Of a stretch of DNA of 64,000 nt, positions 1 to 9,910 are shown piece by piece. This DNA comes from an uncultured candidate division Zixibacteria bacterium (GTDB lineage Bacteria; Zixibacteria; MSB-5A5; GN15; FEB-12). Within the stretch, counting starts at the first letter, position 1. Every line of letters begins with the position of its first letter. Below the pieces are notes generated by a model, which saw only the letters and a program-made list of their open reading frames with translations, did not search any database and had not been told where the DNA came from. The stretch covers positions 256,001 through 320,000 of the forward strand of contig CAWDXE010000003.1 in NCBI GenBank assembly GCA_963806185.1. Direction: 5' to 3'. The position numbers were made by a program, and so were the translations under genes.

Positions 1-1055
1 ATATGCAACAAGCCGAGAAAGCCGACACGGAAGCCGAACCCGAGGGCGGTGGACGACTCGGGTGTGAAAGTAAGCGAGGAATCGTTGAGTTTCAATTTCT
101 CCAGTGATTCGCGCAACTCGGCAAAATCCTCGGCGACTGCCGGGTAAAGGCCGGAAAAGACCATCGGCTTCACGTTGACAAAACCCGGTACCGGCGCGGC
201 AGCCGGCGTGGCGACGTGCGTGACAGTGTCGCCGATGCGGGTGTCGGCTACTTCTTTGATGGACGCAAAGAAGTATCCTACTTCGCCGGCCTTCAATTGC
301 TCCAGCGGGAACTGCGCCAGACGAAGAAATCCGACCTCGTCGACTTCGTGCATTTTGTTATTGAAGAAGAACTTGACCTTGTCACCCTTGCGAATGGTGC
401 CGTTGACCAGTTTCACAAACGGCATGGCGCCGCGATACTCGTTGAAAATGGAATCGAATACCATTGCCTGAAGCGGGGCGGTCGCGTCACCCTTGGGCGG
501 CGGAATAAGGCGAACGATCGCTTCGAGCAACTCGTCGATGCCTATCCCCTCTTTGGCCGAGCAGCGAATGATATCGTCGGCGGGACAGCCGAGCAGTTCC
601 TGAATCTCTTTAGCTACCTGTTCCGGATTGGCATTGGGAAGATCGATCTTGTTCACCACCGGGAGAATTTCGAGGTTGTTCTCCATCGCCAGATAGAGAT
701 TCGATAGGGTCTGAGCTTCGATCCCCTGAGCAGCATCGACAACAAGTATAGCTCCTTCACAGGCTGAGAGAGATCGGCTGACCTCGTAGGTGAAATCGAC
801 GTGACCGGGAGTGTCAATCAAATTGAGCTGGTAATGTTCACCGGCCGGTGTGAAGTAGTCAAGGCGTATCGAATGGGCCTTGATGGTGATGCCGCGCTCC
901 TGCTCGAGGTCCATGGAATCAAGCACCTGGCCGTGGGTCATCTGGCGATCGGACAGGGTCTTGGTCCGTTCGAGCAGGCGATCGGCGAGGGTCGATTTGC
1001 CGTGATCGATGTGGGCAATTATCGAGAAATTGCGAATTTTCGAAATGTCATACAT
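1..1055 (-). CDS. lepA: Translation elongation factor 4 (LepA), 5' part; runs off the window
   Basis: Manual translation from ATG at 1055 gives [23 protein letters not shown]..., then [19 protein letters not shown] and [15 protein letters not shown], all LepA hallmarks. Confidence 0.96.
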   Translation of the reverse strand, partial: MYDISKIRNFSIIAHIDHGKSTLADRLLERTKTLSDRQMTHGQVLDSMDLEQERGITIKAHSIRLDYFTPAGEHYQLNLIDTPGHVDFTYEVSRSLSACEGAILVVDAAQGIEAQTLSNLYLAMENNLEILPVVNKIDLPNANPEQVAKEIQELLGCPADDIIRCSAKEGIGIDELLEAIVRLIPPPKGDATAPLQAMVFDSIFNEYRGAMPFVKLVNGTIRKGDKVKFFFNNKMHEVDEVGFLRLAQFPLEQLKAGEVGYFFASIKEVADTRIGDTVTHVATPAAAPVPGFVNVKPMVFSGLYPAVAEDFAELRESLEKLKLNDSSLTFTPESSTALGFGFRVGFLGLLH

Positions 1056-1115
1056 GTCGAGTAGTTAAGCCTTTGGTCACAAATTTACCGACCCCGGCAG
1101 GGGGTCGGTGGCGAG

Positions 1116-1144
1116 AAGGTAGGCAATTCGGATCGGATTGTCAA
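1116..1144 (-). promoter_or_regulatory. Putative sigma70-type promoter for lepA
   Basis: TTGACA-17 bp-TACCTT on the minus strand, followed by a 9-bp hairpin (1087-1109) in the 5' leader. Confidence 0.6.
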
Positions 1145-1152
1145 ATAGGGGT

Positions 1153-2370
1153 CTAGTATTCCTGCCAGCGGTAATCAACTATGACCATCAGCGCTATCAG
1201 CGACCAAAACAGCACCAGCGCCGTGCCGCCATAAGAGACAAACGGCAACGGCAGACCAGTGACCGGCATGATGCCCAGCGCCATCCCGATGTTGACCACA
1301 AATTGGAAGAAAATCACCGAGGCGGCGCCTATCACGAGAAATGATCCGAAGCGGCTTCGCGAACGAATGGCGATTCGAATCGCCCGATAGAAGATGAACG
1401 TAAAGAGGAGGATGACTATCAGGCAGCCCCACAGGCCGAATTCTTCGCCCAGCACGGAGAAGATGAAGTCAGTGTGTCGTTCCGGCAGAAAATCGAGCCG
1501 CGATTGTGACCCATTGAGGAAGCCCTTTCCCCAGATTCCGCCGGAACCGATGGCAATTTTTGACTGGATGATCTGGTAGCCGGCGCCGCGCGGATCGCGA
1601 CCGGGGTCAAGAAAGACAATAATGCGCAGCTTTTGGTAATCCTGCAATCGATTCCAGACAAAGGGTAAGACCATCCCCGATCCCAGGTTGGCAATGACCG
1701 CCAGAAATGAAAACATTGCTCCGGGCTTGAGCAGCGTCAGAAAGCCGAGTAACACAACGAAGTAGAGTGCCCAGGAGAGCCAATGGGAGGCGGCGATGAG
1801 CGACGCAATCGGCGACAGGATGAGTAGCAGGTACCAGATAGACAGCCCCGACCAGAACCAGAGGGCGATCAACATCACACCAAATACGAGCGACGATCCA
1901 AGGTCCGGTTGTTTGAGCACGAGCAGTGCGGGAATGCCGGCCAACATCAGCGAAAAGGCCAGACGGCGCTTCGACTCGGCGGGGAGTTTTGTATAAGAGA
2001 AGAATCGAGCTAACGCCAGCAGTACACCGATTTTGCCCAAATCCGAGGGCGAAAAACTCAGCGGTCCAAGATCGAACCAGCGCGAAGCCCCCATGCGTAC
2101 GGATCCGCCGAATAGTACGGCGATTAACAGAAAGAAACTCAGACCATAAACGATGTATGCCCCGGCGTCAAACACTCGCAACGGCAAGTGAATAAGGACG
2201 GCAAAAACGCCAAAGGCTACCAGTAGCCAGGTCAGCTGGCGGAGATAATAGGTGCGCTCGAAAGCAGAGTCAGAATAGTACTGAGCGGAGAAGACGACTA
2301 CCACGCCTATGAGGGTAAGTGCGAGCGCCGCGCCGATCAGTTTCCAATCCAACTCACGATAATCGAGCAT
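1153..2370 (-). CDS. rodA: Rod shape-determining SEDS transglycosylase RodA
   Basis: Multi-TM SEDS protein with QPDLG, FLPERHTDFIFS and GLPLPFVSYGG; lies directly after PBP2. Confidence 0.95.
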   Translation of the reverse strand: MLDYRELDWKLIGAALALTLIGVVVVFSAQYYSDSAFERTYYLRQLTWLLVAFGVFAVLIHLPLRVFDAGAYIVYGLSFFLLIAVLFGGSVRMGASRWFDLGPLSFSPSDLGKIGVLLALARFFSYTKLPAESKRRLAFSLMLAGIPALLVLKQPDLGSSLVFGVMLIALWFWSGLSIWYLLLILSPIASLIAASHWLSWALYFVVLLGFLTLLKPGAMFSFLAVIANLGSGMVLPFVWNRLQDYQKLRIIVFLDPGRDPRGAGYQIIQSKIAIGSGGIWGKGFLNGSQSRLDFLPERHTDFIFSVLGEEFGLWGCLIVILLFTFIFYRAIRIAIRSRSRFGSFLVIGAASVIFFQFVVNIGMALGIMPVTGLPLPFVSYGGTALVLFWSLIALMVIVDYRWQEY

Positions 2371-4271
2371 TACTCAGTCCCCCCACCCGTGGGTCGAACC
2401 GGCAACGAGGCTTCCGTCGAGGTCGGTTTGGCCGGTTTCTTGACGGCCGTTGAGTCCGACGGCTTCGCGACCGGTTTGGGCGGTTCTTCAATGATACCCA
2501 ACTTCTTGAACATGTACGCCTTGATGATCTTGCCCACCGCCGGCGCGGCCACCTCAGAACCATGACCGGCATTTTCTACAATGGCGGCCACCACAATCTC
2601 CGAATTTTCCAATGGCGCCACGCCCACAAACCAGGCGTGGTTGTCGCCATGCGGGTTCTGGGCCGTGCCGGTCTTACCTCCGATGGAGTAGTACTTGTTC
2701 TTCAGCCGTCGCGCCGTGCCCCGACCTCCCTCAACAACGAGACGAAGCCCTTCTTTGAGAACAGAAAGCGTGTGGGGCGAGAACGGCAACTTGAACGACA
2801 CTTCCGGCTTCACTTCCTCACGCGTCCCGTCCGGCTTGACGAAAGCTCGGACCAGATGGGGACGATAGACCACACCGTTGTTGGCCAGGCCGCAATAGAA
2901 TTGAGCTAATTGTATCGGCGTGACCAGAATCTCACCCTGTCCGATGGCCAGATTCAAGGCGAGAGCTTTCGTCCAGCCGCGCTTCCCGTAGACTTTGTCG
3001 AGGTACTCGGGGGTCGGATTGAGTCCCTTAGATTCGCCGGGGAGGTCGACGCCGGTTGGTTTGCCGAAGCCACAGGCATCATAGTACTTCGCCAGTCCCT
3101 CCACACCGAGCTTCAAGCCGAGTTGATACATGTAAACGTCGCACGAGGCCTCGATTCCATGCACGGCCGTGACTACACCGTGCCCCTTAGGCTCCCAGCA
3201 GCGAAAGAAGCGATTGCCGAACTGATAACCGCCGATACATGATCGAAAGGTCGTGTTCTCGTCGATCACGCCCTCCTCGAGTCCGGCGCCCACGGTAAGC
3301 AGTTTGGCGGTTGAACCGGGCGGATAGAGTCCGTTGAGTGGCCGATTGAGCAGCGGATGGGTCGGATCCTGGGAAATGGATTGCCACAAGTTCTCCGGTA
3401 CAAAGGCAGAAAACACATTGGGATCGAAGCCGGGACGCGAGGCCATGGCGAGTACTTCGCCGGTCCGTGGATCGATGGCGACTATCGCACCACAACAGTG
3501 AGTCGTGTCAAAAATGGAATCAACGACGGTCTGTATGTCCAGATCAATCGACAGGTGCAGATCGGTGCCCGGCATGGCCTCCACTTTTTCCTTGCCGCCG
3601 TAGGGTCCGACAACCTGTCCGGACGCGTACACCTCGACGTAGGCGGTTCCCTCGATGCCTCTCAGGCGATTATCGTACTGCTTCTCAAGCCCCTTTTTGC
3701 CAATCAGCGAGCCGAGGCGGTACTGGATGTCGGGGTTGCGCTCCAGGTCCTGGGGGGATACTTCACCGACATACCCGGTGAATGACTCCATGCCCGCCGA
3801 ATGCTGATACTGGCGGACTTTTTCCATGGAATAGGAAACGCCCGGGAACTCGTTGTTCCGCTCTTCGAGCACGGCAACGACGTCAAACGGTATATCCGGC
3901 TTGATTGAGGCGGGAAGATAACGAGTCAGCATCGTTCGCTTCATGATCTTGCGGATTTGTCCGGTATCGATATCGATGACTCGGGCAAGATTGGCGAGCG
4001 TCTTCCCCTTCACTTCTTCGGAGGGCACAACGGAGACAGTGTACGACGGCCGGTTGTCAACGAGTACGCGTTCCTCACGGTCGTACATCATGCCACGTCT
4101 GGGAACGATAGGCACAACACGAACCCGGTTCATCTCTGACTTTTCGTAGAGTTCCGCGTGATCGACTATCTGCAGATTGACGAGCCCGGCTACCAATATG
4201 AGTGCCACTACCGTCACGGCGCCATAGGCGACTGATTGCCTTCCCCACGTTGCCAGACGATTATCACTCAT
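2370..4271 (-). CDS. mrdA: Penicillin-binding protein 2
   Basis: N-terminal TM, PGSTAK (SxxK), SCD (SxN-like) and GKTGTAQ; between mreD and rodA. Confidence 0.95.
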   Translation of the reverse strand: MSDNRLATWGRQSVAYGAVTVVALILVAGLVNLQIVDHAELYEKSEMNRVRVVPIVPRRGMMYDREERVLVDNRPSYTVSVVPSEEVKGKTLANLARVIDIDTGQIRKIMKRTMLTRYLPASIKPDIPFDVVAVLEERNNEFPGVSYSMEKVRQYQHSAGMESFTGYVGEVSPQDLERNPDIQYRLGSLIGKKGLEKQYDNRLRGIEGTAYVEVYASGQVVGPYGGKEKVEAMPGTDLHLSIDLDIQTVVDSIFDTTHCCGAIVAIDPRTGEVLAMASRPGFDPNVFSAFVPENLWQSISQDPTHPLLNRPLNGLYPPGSTAKLLTVGAGLEEGVIDENTTFRSCIGGYQFGNRFFRCWEPKGHGVVTAVHGIEASCDVYMYQLGLKLGVEGLAKYYDACGFGKPTGVDLPGESKGLNPTPEYLDKVYGKRGWTKALALNLAIGQGEILVTPIQLAQFYCGLANNGVVYRPHLVRAFVKPDGTREEVKPEVSFKLPFSPHTLSVLKEGLRLVVEGGRGTARRLKNKYYSIGGKTGTAQNPHGDNHAWFVGVAPLENSEIVVAAIVENAGHGSEVAAPAVGKIIKAYMFKKLGIIEEPPKPVAKPSDSTAVKKPAKPTSTEASLPVRPTGGGTE

Positions 4272-4277
4272 ATGGCC

Positions 4278-4763
4278 CTAGAAGATGGATCGAACGTTTT
4301 CCTGCGTCACTTGCCCGCCGCGTACGAGATAAAACAGAGTGGCAACTGCGGTCGTGTAAGCAGCACTCGTCAGGGCGCTGTACCACAACAGATATAGAAA
4401 GCCACCGGGCTGGTTCAGGGCGACGGTCACCGCGTTATAGATGAACACCCCGACGAAGGTAAAAAGCAGTTTTGCGGCCAGAGAATCCACATTTAGCCTC
4501 TCGCGAACGTGATAGCCGACAAAACCGAGTACGGCGCCGGCAAGAGCGTGCCAGCCCATCAGGTGAGGCAGGGTGGCAGAGGCCACGGCTCCGGCCGCGA
4601 AACCGAACCAAAGTGCGGAAATCTCGGATTTATACAGCGCCACGGCGAGAATCAGAAACGCCGGAATGTTCATGGTGGCGCCGTAGATATTCGTGAGATC
4701 GCGCCAGATGGTAACGTAAAACGCGATCAGCAAGAGATAGAGGATGAAGGGTATGAATCTCAT
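4278..4763 (-). CDS. mreD: Rod shape-determining protein MreD
   Basis: 161-aa hydrophobic protein in mreC-mreD-mrdA synteny. Confidence 0.8.
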   Translation of the reverse strand: MRFIPFILYLLLIAFYVTIWRDLTNIYGATMNIPAFLILAVALYKSEISALWFGFAAGAVASATLPHLMGWHALAGAVLGFVGYHVRERLNVDSLAAKLLFTFVGVFIYNAVTVALNQPGGFLYLLWYSALTSAAYTTAVATLFYLVRGGQVTQENVRSIF

Positions 4764-5551
4764 CGTGTGTCCGGCCTCAACAGAAATACTTCCTCAAGCG
4801 AATTGAAATTCGCCATTGGCGTAATGATCACATCGTAGAAAGGTCGATCATTCGGCCGCTCGGCTTCGGTGACGACCCCTACGACCAGTCCACCGGGGTA
4901 TACGCCTCCCAAACCGGAAGAGATGATCACGTCGCCTTCTTTGATACTCCCTTCAACCGGGAAATTATCCAACATCAATCCCGCAGACGGCACATATTTT
5001 ACGATGCCCATTTCGCGTGTGTCCGAGACGCGCGCGGCACAGCGATTGGCCGGATCGGTGAGTAATTGCACCGTCGCCGTGTAATCCGCCACCTCAGTAA
5101 CGCGACCAACCAATCCCTGTTGGTTGATAACGGTCTGGTTTACGTATACCGAATCGGTCCGGCCGCGGTTGATCGTCGCTCCCATCGGAATCTTGTCTCC
5201 GACGGTGGCGGTCACTTTGGCCGGCAGTAGCCGGTAACCGGCAGGGGGGTCAAAGCCGAGAATGGCGCGCATGCGGGCGTTTTCGCGCTTGATTTCCTCT
5301 ATACCGTAAATCTGAATTGAGGATTCGACCAGGGCCTGGCGAAGCCGCTGATTCTCTTCATTGACGTTGACCAGTTCAAGAACGAACGACTTGGCCTTGG
5401 CGAAGGGATAATAGAAGGCGGCCAGAAAGGCTTCGGATACCATCGAGTTGTACCCGACCTGGCCGACAATTAAGACAATGGTGAAAAAGAGTACGGCGAC
5501 AAAGTGCAGATTACGCCAATACCTGGAAAACAGGCTGGAAATCCATGTCAT
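4760..5551 (-). CDS. mreC: Rod shape-determining protein MreC
   Basis: TM plus coiled coil (ENQRLR), GLVGRV and SGLGGVYPGGLVVG motifs. Confidence 0.93.
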   Translation of the reverse strand: MTWISSLFSRYWRNLHFVAVLFFTIVLIVGQVGYNSMVSEAFLAAFYYPFAKAKSFVLELVNVNEENQRLRQALVESSIQIYGIEEIKRENARMRAILGFDPPAGYRLLPAKVTATVGDKIPMGATINRGRTDSVYVNQTVINQQGLVGRVTEVADYTATVQLLTDPANRCAARVSDTREMGIVKYVPSAGLMLDNFPVEGSIKEGDVIISSGLGGVYPGGLVVGVVTEAERPNDRPFYDVIITPMANFNSLEEVFLLRPDTR

Positions 5552-5584
5552 CGCGCGCTACGTCCCTGCCGTCAATGGCGTCGT

Positions 5585-6037
5585 CTAGTTGATATTATCC
5601 ATCAGCGCGAGCACGTCGCCCGGAGAGGTCGCTTTCATCAACTTGTTCCGGTTCTCTTCTGATTTCATCAGGTACGACAAGCGGGCCATGACGTTCAAGT
5701 GCGCTCCGATTGCGTCCTCCGGCGCGGCAATGAGAAAGAAGAGATGCACCGGCTGATGGTCCATGGCTTCGAAATCGATGCCGCGATCGGAGCGGCCGAA
5801 CGCGATGACAATTCCTTTGGCCGAACTGGTCTTGGCGTGCGGGAATGCGACGCCATAACCTACTCCGGTCGTGACGAGTTCTTCCCGTTGCCGGACGTCG
5901 GCCAGCAGCCGATCATGGTCCTTGATCATGTTGGACGTTGAGGCCAGATCGACCAACTCTTTCAGGACTTCGGTCTTAGTCTTCGCCTGGAGATCAAAAG
6001 AGACTAACCCCTCTTCGCAGAATTTGGACAGCTTCAT
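5585..6037 (-). CDS. PTS IIA (fructose/mannitol/Ntr-type) domain protein
   Basis: RE...TTGVGYGVAFPHAK phospho-His motif. Likely start MKLSKF at 6037. Confidence 0.88.
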   Translation of the reverse strand: MKLSKFCEEGLVSFDLQAKTKTEVLKELVDLASTSNMIKDHDRLLADVRQREELVTTGVGYGVAFPHAKTSSAKGIVIAFGRSDRGIDFEAMDHQPVHLFFLIAAPEDAIGAHLNVMARLSYLMKSEENRNKLMKATSPGDVLALMDNIN

Positions 6038-6047
6038 CAAAAAACCT

Positions 6048-6221
6048 TTATCGCAATTGGTCAGCCTCATCGACCAGCAGCACCGGGATGTCGTCGATTA
6101 TACGGTACGCCAGTTTGCAGGCATGACATTCCAGACTATTCTCTTTGCTCCGATACACGAGCTGTCCCTTGCACTGGGGACACACGATCTTGTCGAGGAG
6201 CCTATCCGACAGCGGGCTCAT
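6048..6221 (-). CDS. Trm112-family (YcaR-like) small protein, 57 aa; not in the ORF track
   Basis: Manual translation: MSPLSDRLLDKIVCPQCKGQLVYRSKENSLECHACKLAYRIIDDIPVLLVDEADQLR. Confidence 0.9.
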   Translation of the reverse strand: MSPLSDRLLDKIVCPQCKGQLVYRSKENSLECHACKLAYRIIDDIPVLLVDEADQLR

Positions 6222-6235
6222 AGCAGCACCCTTCC

Positions 6236-7201
6236 TTACTCCATAAACTCGCCCATGCGGCGATACTTGGCCAGACGTTCTTCAAGCAGGCGATCAATCG
6301 GGATCGCCGTCAGTTCGCGCAAAGCTGCTACCAATTCCCCTTTGAGTGCCATAGCGGCGGTAGCCGGATCGTTGTGCGCCCCGTTGGCCGGTTCAGGAAT
6401 GATCTTATCGATTATGCGCAGTTTCATCAAATCGTCGGATGTCACTTTCAGCGCTTCCGCCGCCTCCGGCGCCTTCGCGGCATCGCGCCACAATATTGCC
6501 GCACATCCCTCGGGTGAAATGACCGAATACCAGGAATGCTCCAGCATGTAGACGCGATCGCCGATGCCGATGCCGAGCGCACCGCCCGACGCTCCTTCGC
6601 CGATGATGGCGACGATAATCGGCACCCGGATCCGAAACATCACCTGGATATTCTTCGCGATCGCCTCCGCTTGGCCACGTTCTTCTGCACCGATACCGGG
6701 AAATGCGCCCGGCGTATCGATGAGGATGAGGATCGGAACATTGAACTTCTCAGCAAGATAGAAGAGACGACGCGCTTTCCGATATCCTTCCGGGTGGGCC
6801 ATACCGAAGTTGCGAAAGAGCTTCTGTTTGGTATCGCGTCCCTTCTGCTGTCCTACCACCATGACCGGTTGCTCATCGATTCGGGCGAAGCCGCCCACGA
6901 TCGCCTTGTCGTCGGCGAAACCACGGTCGCCGTGCAATTCGATGAAGTCAGTCATGATGAGATTGATGTAGTCGAGAGTATAGGGGCGTTTGGGATGACG
7001 GGAAATCTGAACCTGCTGCCAGCGACTGAGATTGGAATAAATCTCCTCGCGGAGACGCTCCAGTTTCTCCTGAAGCGAAGCGATCTCGGACGTAAGCTGG
7101 ATATTCTCACCGGCAGAAAAATCCCGCATATCGGAGATTTTCTTTTCCAGTTCTACCAGCGGACGTTCGAATTCCAAATACGATCCCTCACCTAGGGCCA
7201 T
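6236..7201 (-). CDS. accA: Acetyl-CoA carboxylase carboxyltransferase subunit alpha
   Basis: [27 protein letters not shown] and [10 protein letters not shown]. Start MALGEG at 7201 after a GAGG RBS. Confidence 0.96.
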   Translation of the reverse strand: MALGEGSYLEFERPLVELEKKISDMRDFSAGENIQLTSEIASLQEKLERLREEIYSNLSRWQQVQISRHPKRPYTLDYINLIMTDFIELHGDRGFADDKAIVGGFARIDEQPVMVVGQQKGRDTKQKLFRNFGMAHPEGYRKARRLFYLAEKFNVPILILIDTPGAFPGIGAEERGQAEAIAKNIQVMFRIRVPIIVAIIGEGASGGALGIGIGDRVYMLEHSWYSVISPEGCAAILWRDAAKAPEAAEALKVTSDDLMKLRIIDKIIPEPANGAHNDPATAAMALKGELVAALRELTAIPIDRLLEERLAKYRRMGEFME

Positions 7202-7217
7202 ACGCTTGCCTCGTGGG

Positions 7218-8304
7218 TCAGACGTTGGTTGTGTCCGGATCGGATGATTCGGGCCGTCGGGACCGGCTGACACCGGCCATAAAGATAAAGAATGCCACGG
7301 AAATTACAACCATAAAAAGGATCAATAGTCCGCTGACCAGCACCCGATTCCAAAAGAACATAGCCAGCGTAAATAGCCCAAAGACAACGGATAAGAGGTA
7401 GAAAATGTAGACTACTCGACTCGGCGATAATCCGGCCAAAGTCAAGTAGTGGAACAGGTGCCGACGATCGGCTCGCATGACGTTCTTGCCGGTCACGAGC
7501 CGCCGGGAAAAGGCGATGACCGCCTCCATGAGCGGTACCCCCGCGGCAATCAGCGGCAAGTAGAGCGCGGCGGCCGTGTAAGACTTCAGTCGCATGAGCA
7601 GCGAGATGACCGCAAAGTAATAGCCGATCTGGAGAGCTCCTGAATCACCCAGAAAAATGCGGGCCGGATACCGGTTGTAGCGGAGAAAGACTGCCAGGAA
7701 ACCGATCATCGCACCCGTCACCGCGAGCACTGGACTGTTGCCGTAGAGCAGGCCGACACCGGAGAGAGTTAGCGCCGCAATCAAGGATACTCCGGCCGCC
7801 AGCCCGTCGAGTCCGTCGATGATATTCACCGCATTAGTTAGACCAACCACCCATCCGATCGTGATAAGCACCGACCAGCCGCCGGCGCTGACTTCGCCGA
7901 CGAATGGGACGGATATCGGATCAATCTGCACTCCCCCGACGTACAGCAAGAAGCCGATGGCTATCTCCACCAGTAGTTTTGTCCAGGCGGACAGCGGACG
8001 GACGTCGTCGATAAAACCGACAATCAGAATCATGACCGCACCCAGGAGTATGAACGGCAGCGATTCTCCCTGGAAGGCGAAAATTTTCGGGAAGACCAGC
8101 AAGGTGACGCCGAGTGTGATCCAGAGAATCAGGAATAACGACAAGCCGCCAAGAAAGGGCACGGGGTGTTTGTGTCGCTTATGCTTGCCCGGCCGGTCGA
8201 GCAATTGGAATCGGTGACCGAGACGAATAGCCAGAGGAACACCGCACAGCCGCCAGTGCAAGACTCAGAAGCAAGGCGAGAAGAAACGGCCCCACAAACG
8301 TCAT
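7218..8304 (-). CDS. MraY/WecA-family undecaprenyl-phosphate GlcNAc-1-P transferase (apparent frameshift near 8250)
   Basis: [30 protein letters not shown] and DRRHLFH. The N-terminus [17 protein letters not shown] (ATG 8304, overlapping the upstream stop) lies in another frame. Confidence 0.88.
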
Positions 8305-9185
8305 CGCGACTTTCCCGAAAGCATCATTGTCATACAGGCGACAAGATAGTTGCCGGCAAGCAGGAACGGAAGGACCATGATGGTGAACCCATTGGGAAGA
8401 TGTTTCAGGAAATAGCGCCAGACCGAATGGTGGTGATACCATTGCCGCCGCCAGATGTTCGCTTTCCCCCCCTGCCACCAGAGGTGAACTCCCCCCACGG
8501 AAGGAGCGAACAGATTCTGATATCCCGCCTGGGTCAGACGCAGCGATAGATCGGTATCTTCCATGTACATGAAGAATCGAGGATCAAAACCACCGAGCTG
8601 CAGGAACAACGCCCGGCGAATGACCGCAAAGGTGGCTGAGGCCGCAGGGACGACCGTTACCTCGCGGTAATCGGGCAGCGTATAGACGGTACTTCGGGAA
8701 GTACGGAGGCCGAGCAACCCAGAGAGCGCCGAACCGCGCGAGAAGAGGATGTTGTTCGGCTGAGGAAACCTCCGGCACGTGGGCTGAAAGCGTCCGTCGG
8801 CATACCTCACTCGAGCCGAGACCAGGCCGACCTGCGGTCGATCTCGTAGGAGGGGGGCGCAATTGCGCAAGGCATCAGGATCCACCAGCACGTCAGGATT
8901 GAGGAAGCAGAGCATTTCGCCACGGCTCGTTTGGGCCGCAATATTGCAGGCGACAGCGAAGCCGAGGTTGGAAATATTCTTGATGATGACGGCGTCCGGG
9001 AAATAGTCATGGACGGTCGCCAGTGAGGAATCGGTGGAACCATTGTCGACGACAATCAGTTCGCAATCCGCTCCCGACCGGGCAGCCGCCAACGAATTCA
9101 GGCAACCCTCCAAGGCAGGCAGGGAATTGTAGGTAACGATGATGATCGAGAGCGTATGAGCGTTGGAGTCAGCCAAGGGGATCAA
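8301..9185 (-). CDS. Glycosyltransferase family 2 (WbbL/rhamnosyltransferase-like)
   Basis: SIIIVTYNS, VVDNGSTD, NLGFA, FLNPD and GGFDPRFFMYMEDTDL. Confidence 0.88.
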   Translation of the reverse strand: MIPLADSNAHTLSIIIVTYNSLPALEGCLNSLAAARSGADCELIVVDNGSTDSSLATVHDYFPDAVIIKNISNLGFAVACNIAAQTSRGEMLCFLNPDVLVDPDALRNCAPLLRDRPQVGLVSARVRYADGRFQPTCRRFPQPNNILFSRGSALSGLLGLRTSRSTVYTLPDYREVTVVPAASATFAVIRRALFLQLGGFDPRFFMYMEDTDLSLRLTQAGYQNLFAPSVGGVHLWWQGGKANIWRRQWYHHHSVWRYFLKHLPNGFTIMVLPFLLAGNYLVACMTMMLSGKSR

Positions 9186-9910
9186 TTCAGCTTGCCAAAC
9201 ATCGATTTTATGCGCAACAGCCAGACCAGCCAGATCGCTTCGCGCATGATCTTCTTGGACATTTTCGACGTTCCGGCGATCCGGTCAACAAAGATGATCG
9301 GAATTTCCTTGATCTTGAATCCCTTTTTCCATGCGCGCATCGACATTTCAATCTGGAAAACGTAGCCAGTGCCGTGAACCTCGTCAAGATTGATCGCCTC
9401 GAGCACTTCGCGACGAAAGCACTTGAATCCGCCGGTCGCGTCGCGCAGCGGCAGGCCGGTCACAATGCGAGTGTAAGCGTTGGCGAAATACGAAAGCAAC
9501 AGGCGGCTCATCGGCCAATTGATGACGTTCACGCCCGAGATGTACCGAGATCCTATCACCACATCGTATTGCTGAATTTCGCGTAGGAAATCGCGCAAGT
9601 ACTCCGGACCATGGGAGAAGTCGGCATCCATTTCGAAGATATAATCGAAGCCATTCTCGATTGCCCATTTGAAGCCGGCGATGTACGCTTTGCCGAGACC
9701 CTCCTTCTTGGTGCGATGGAGAACCTTGACCTTGGCTTCGTTGGCGGCCAATCGGTCGGCGATCTGACCCGTACCGTCGGGAGAATTATCGTCCACAATC
9801 AGCACATGAATGCGAGCGTCGAGCGGCAGAACCGCGTGAACGATCTTTTCGATATTGTCTTTCTCGTTGTAGGTCGGGAAGATAATAAGTGCTCGCTTTG
9901 CCTGCGTCAT
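9182..9910 (-). CDS. Polyprenol-phosphate mannose synthase (DPM1/Ppm1-like GT2)
   Basis: PTYNEKDNI, VDDNSPDGT, EMDADFSH and DATGGFKCFRR. Confidence 0.9.
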   Translation of the reverse strand: MTQAKRALIIFPTYNEKDNIEKIVHAVLPLDARIHVLIVDDNSPDGTGQIADRLAANEAKVKVLHRTKKEGLGKAYIAGFKWAIENGFDYIFEMDADFSHGPEYLRDFLREIQQYDVVIGSRYISGVNVINWPMSRLLLSYFANAYTRIVTGLPLRDATGGFKCFRREVLEAINLDEVHGTGYVFQIEMSMRAWKKGFKIKEIPIIFVDRIAGTSKMSKKIMREAIWLVWLLRIKSMFGKLN

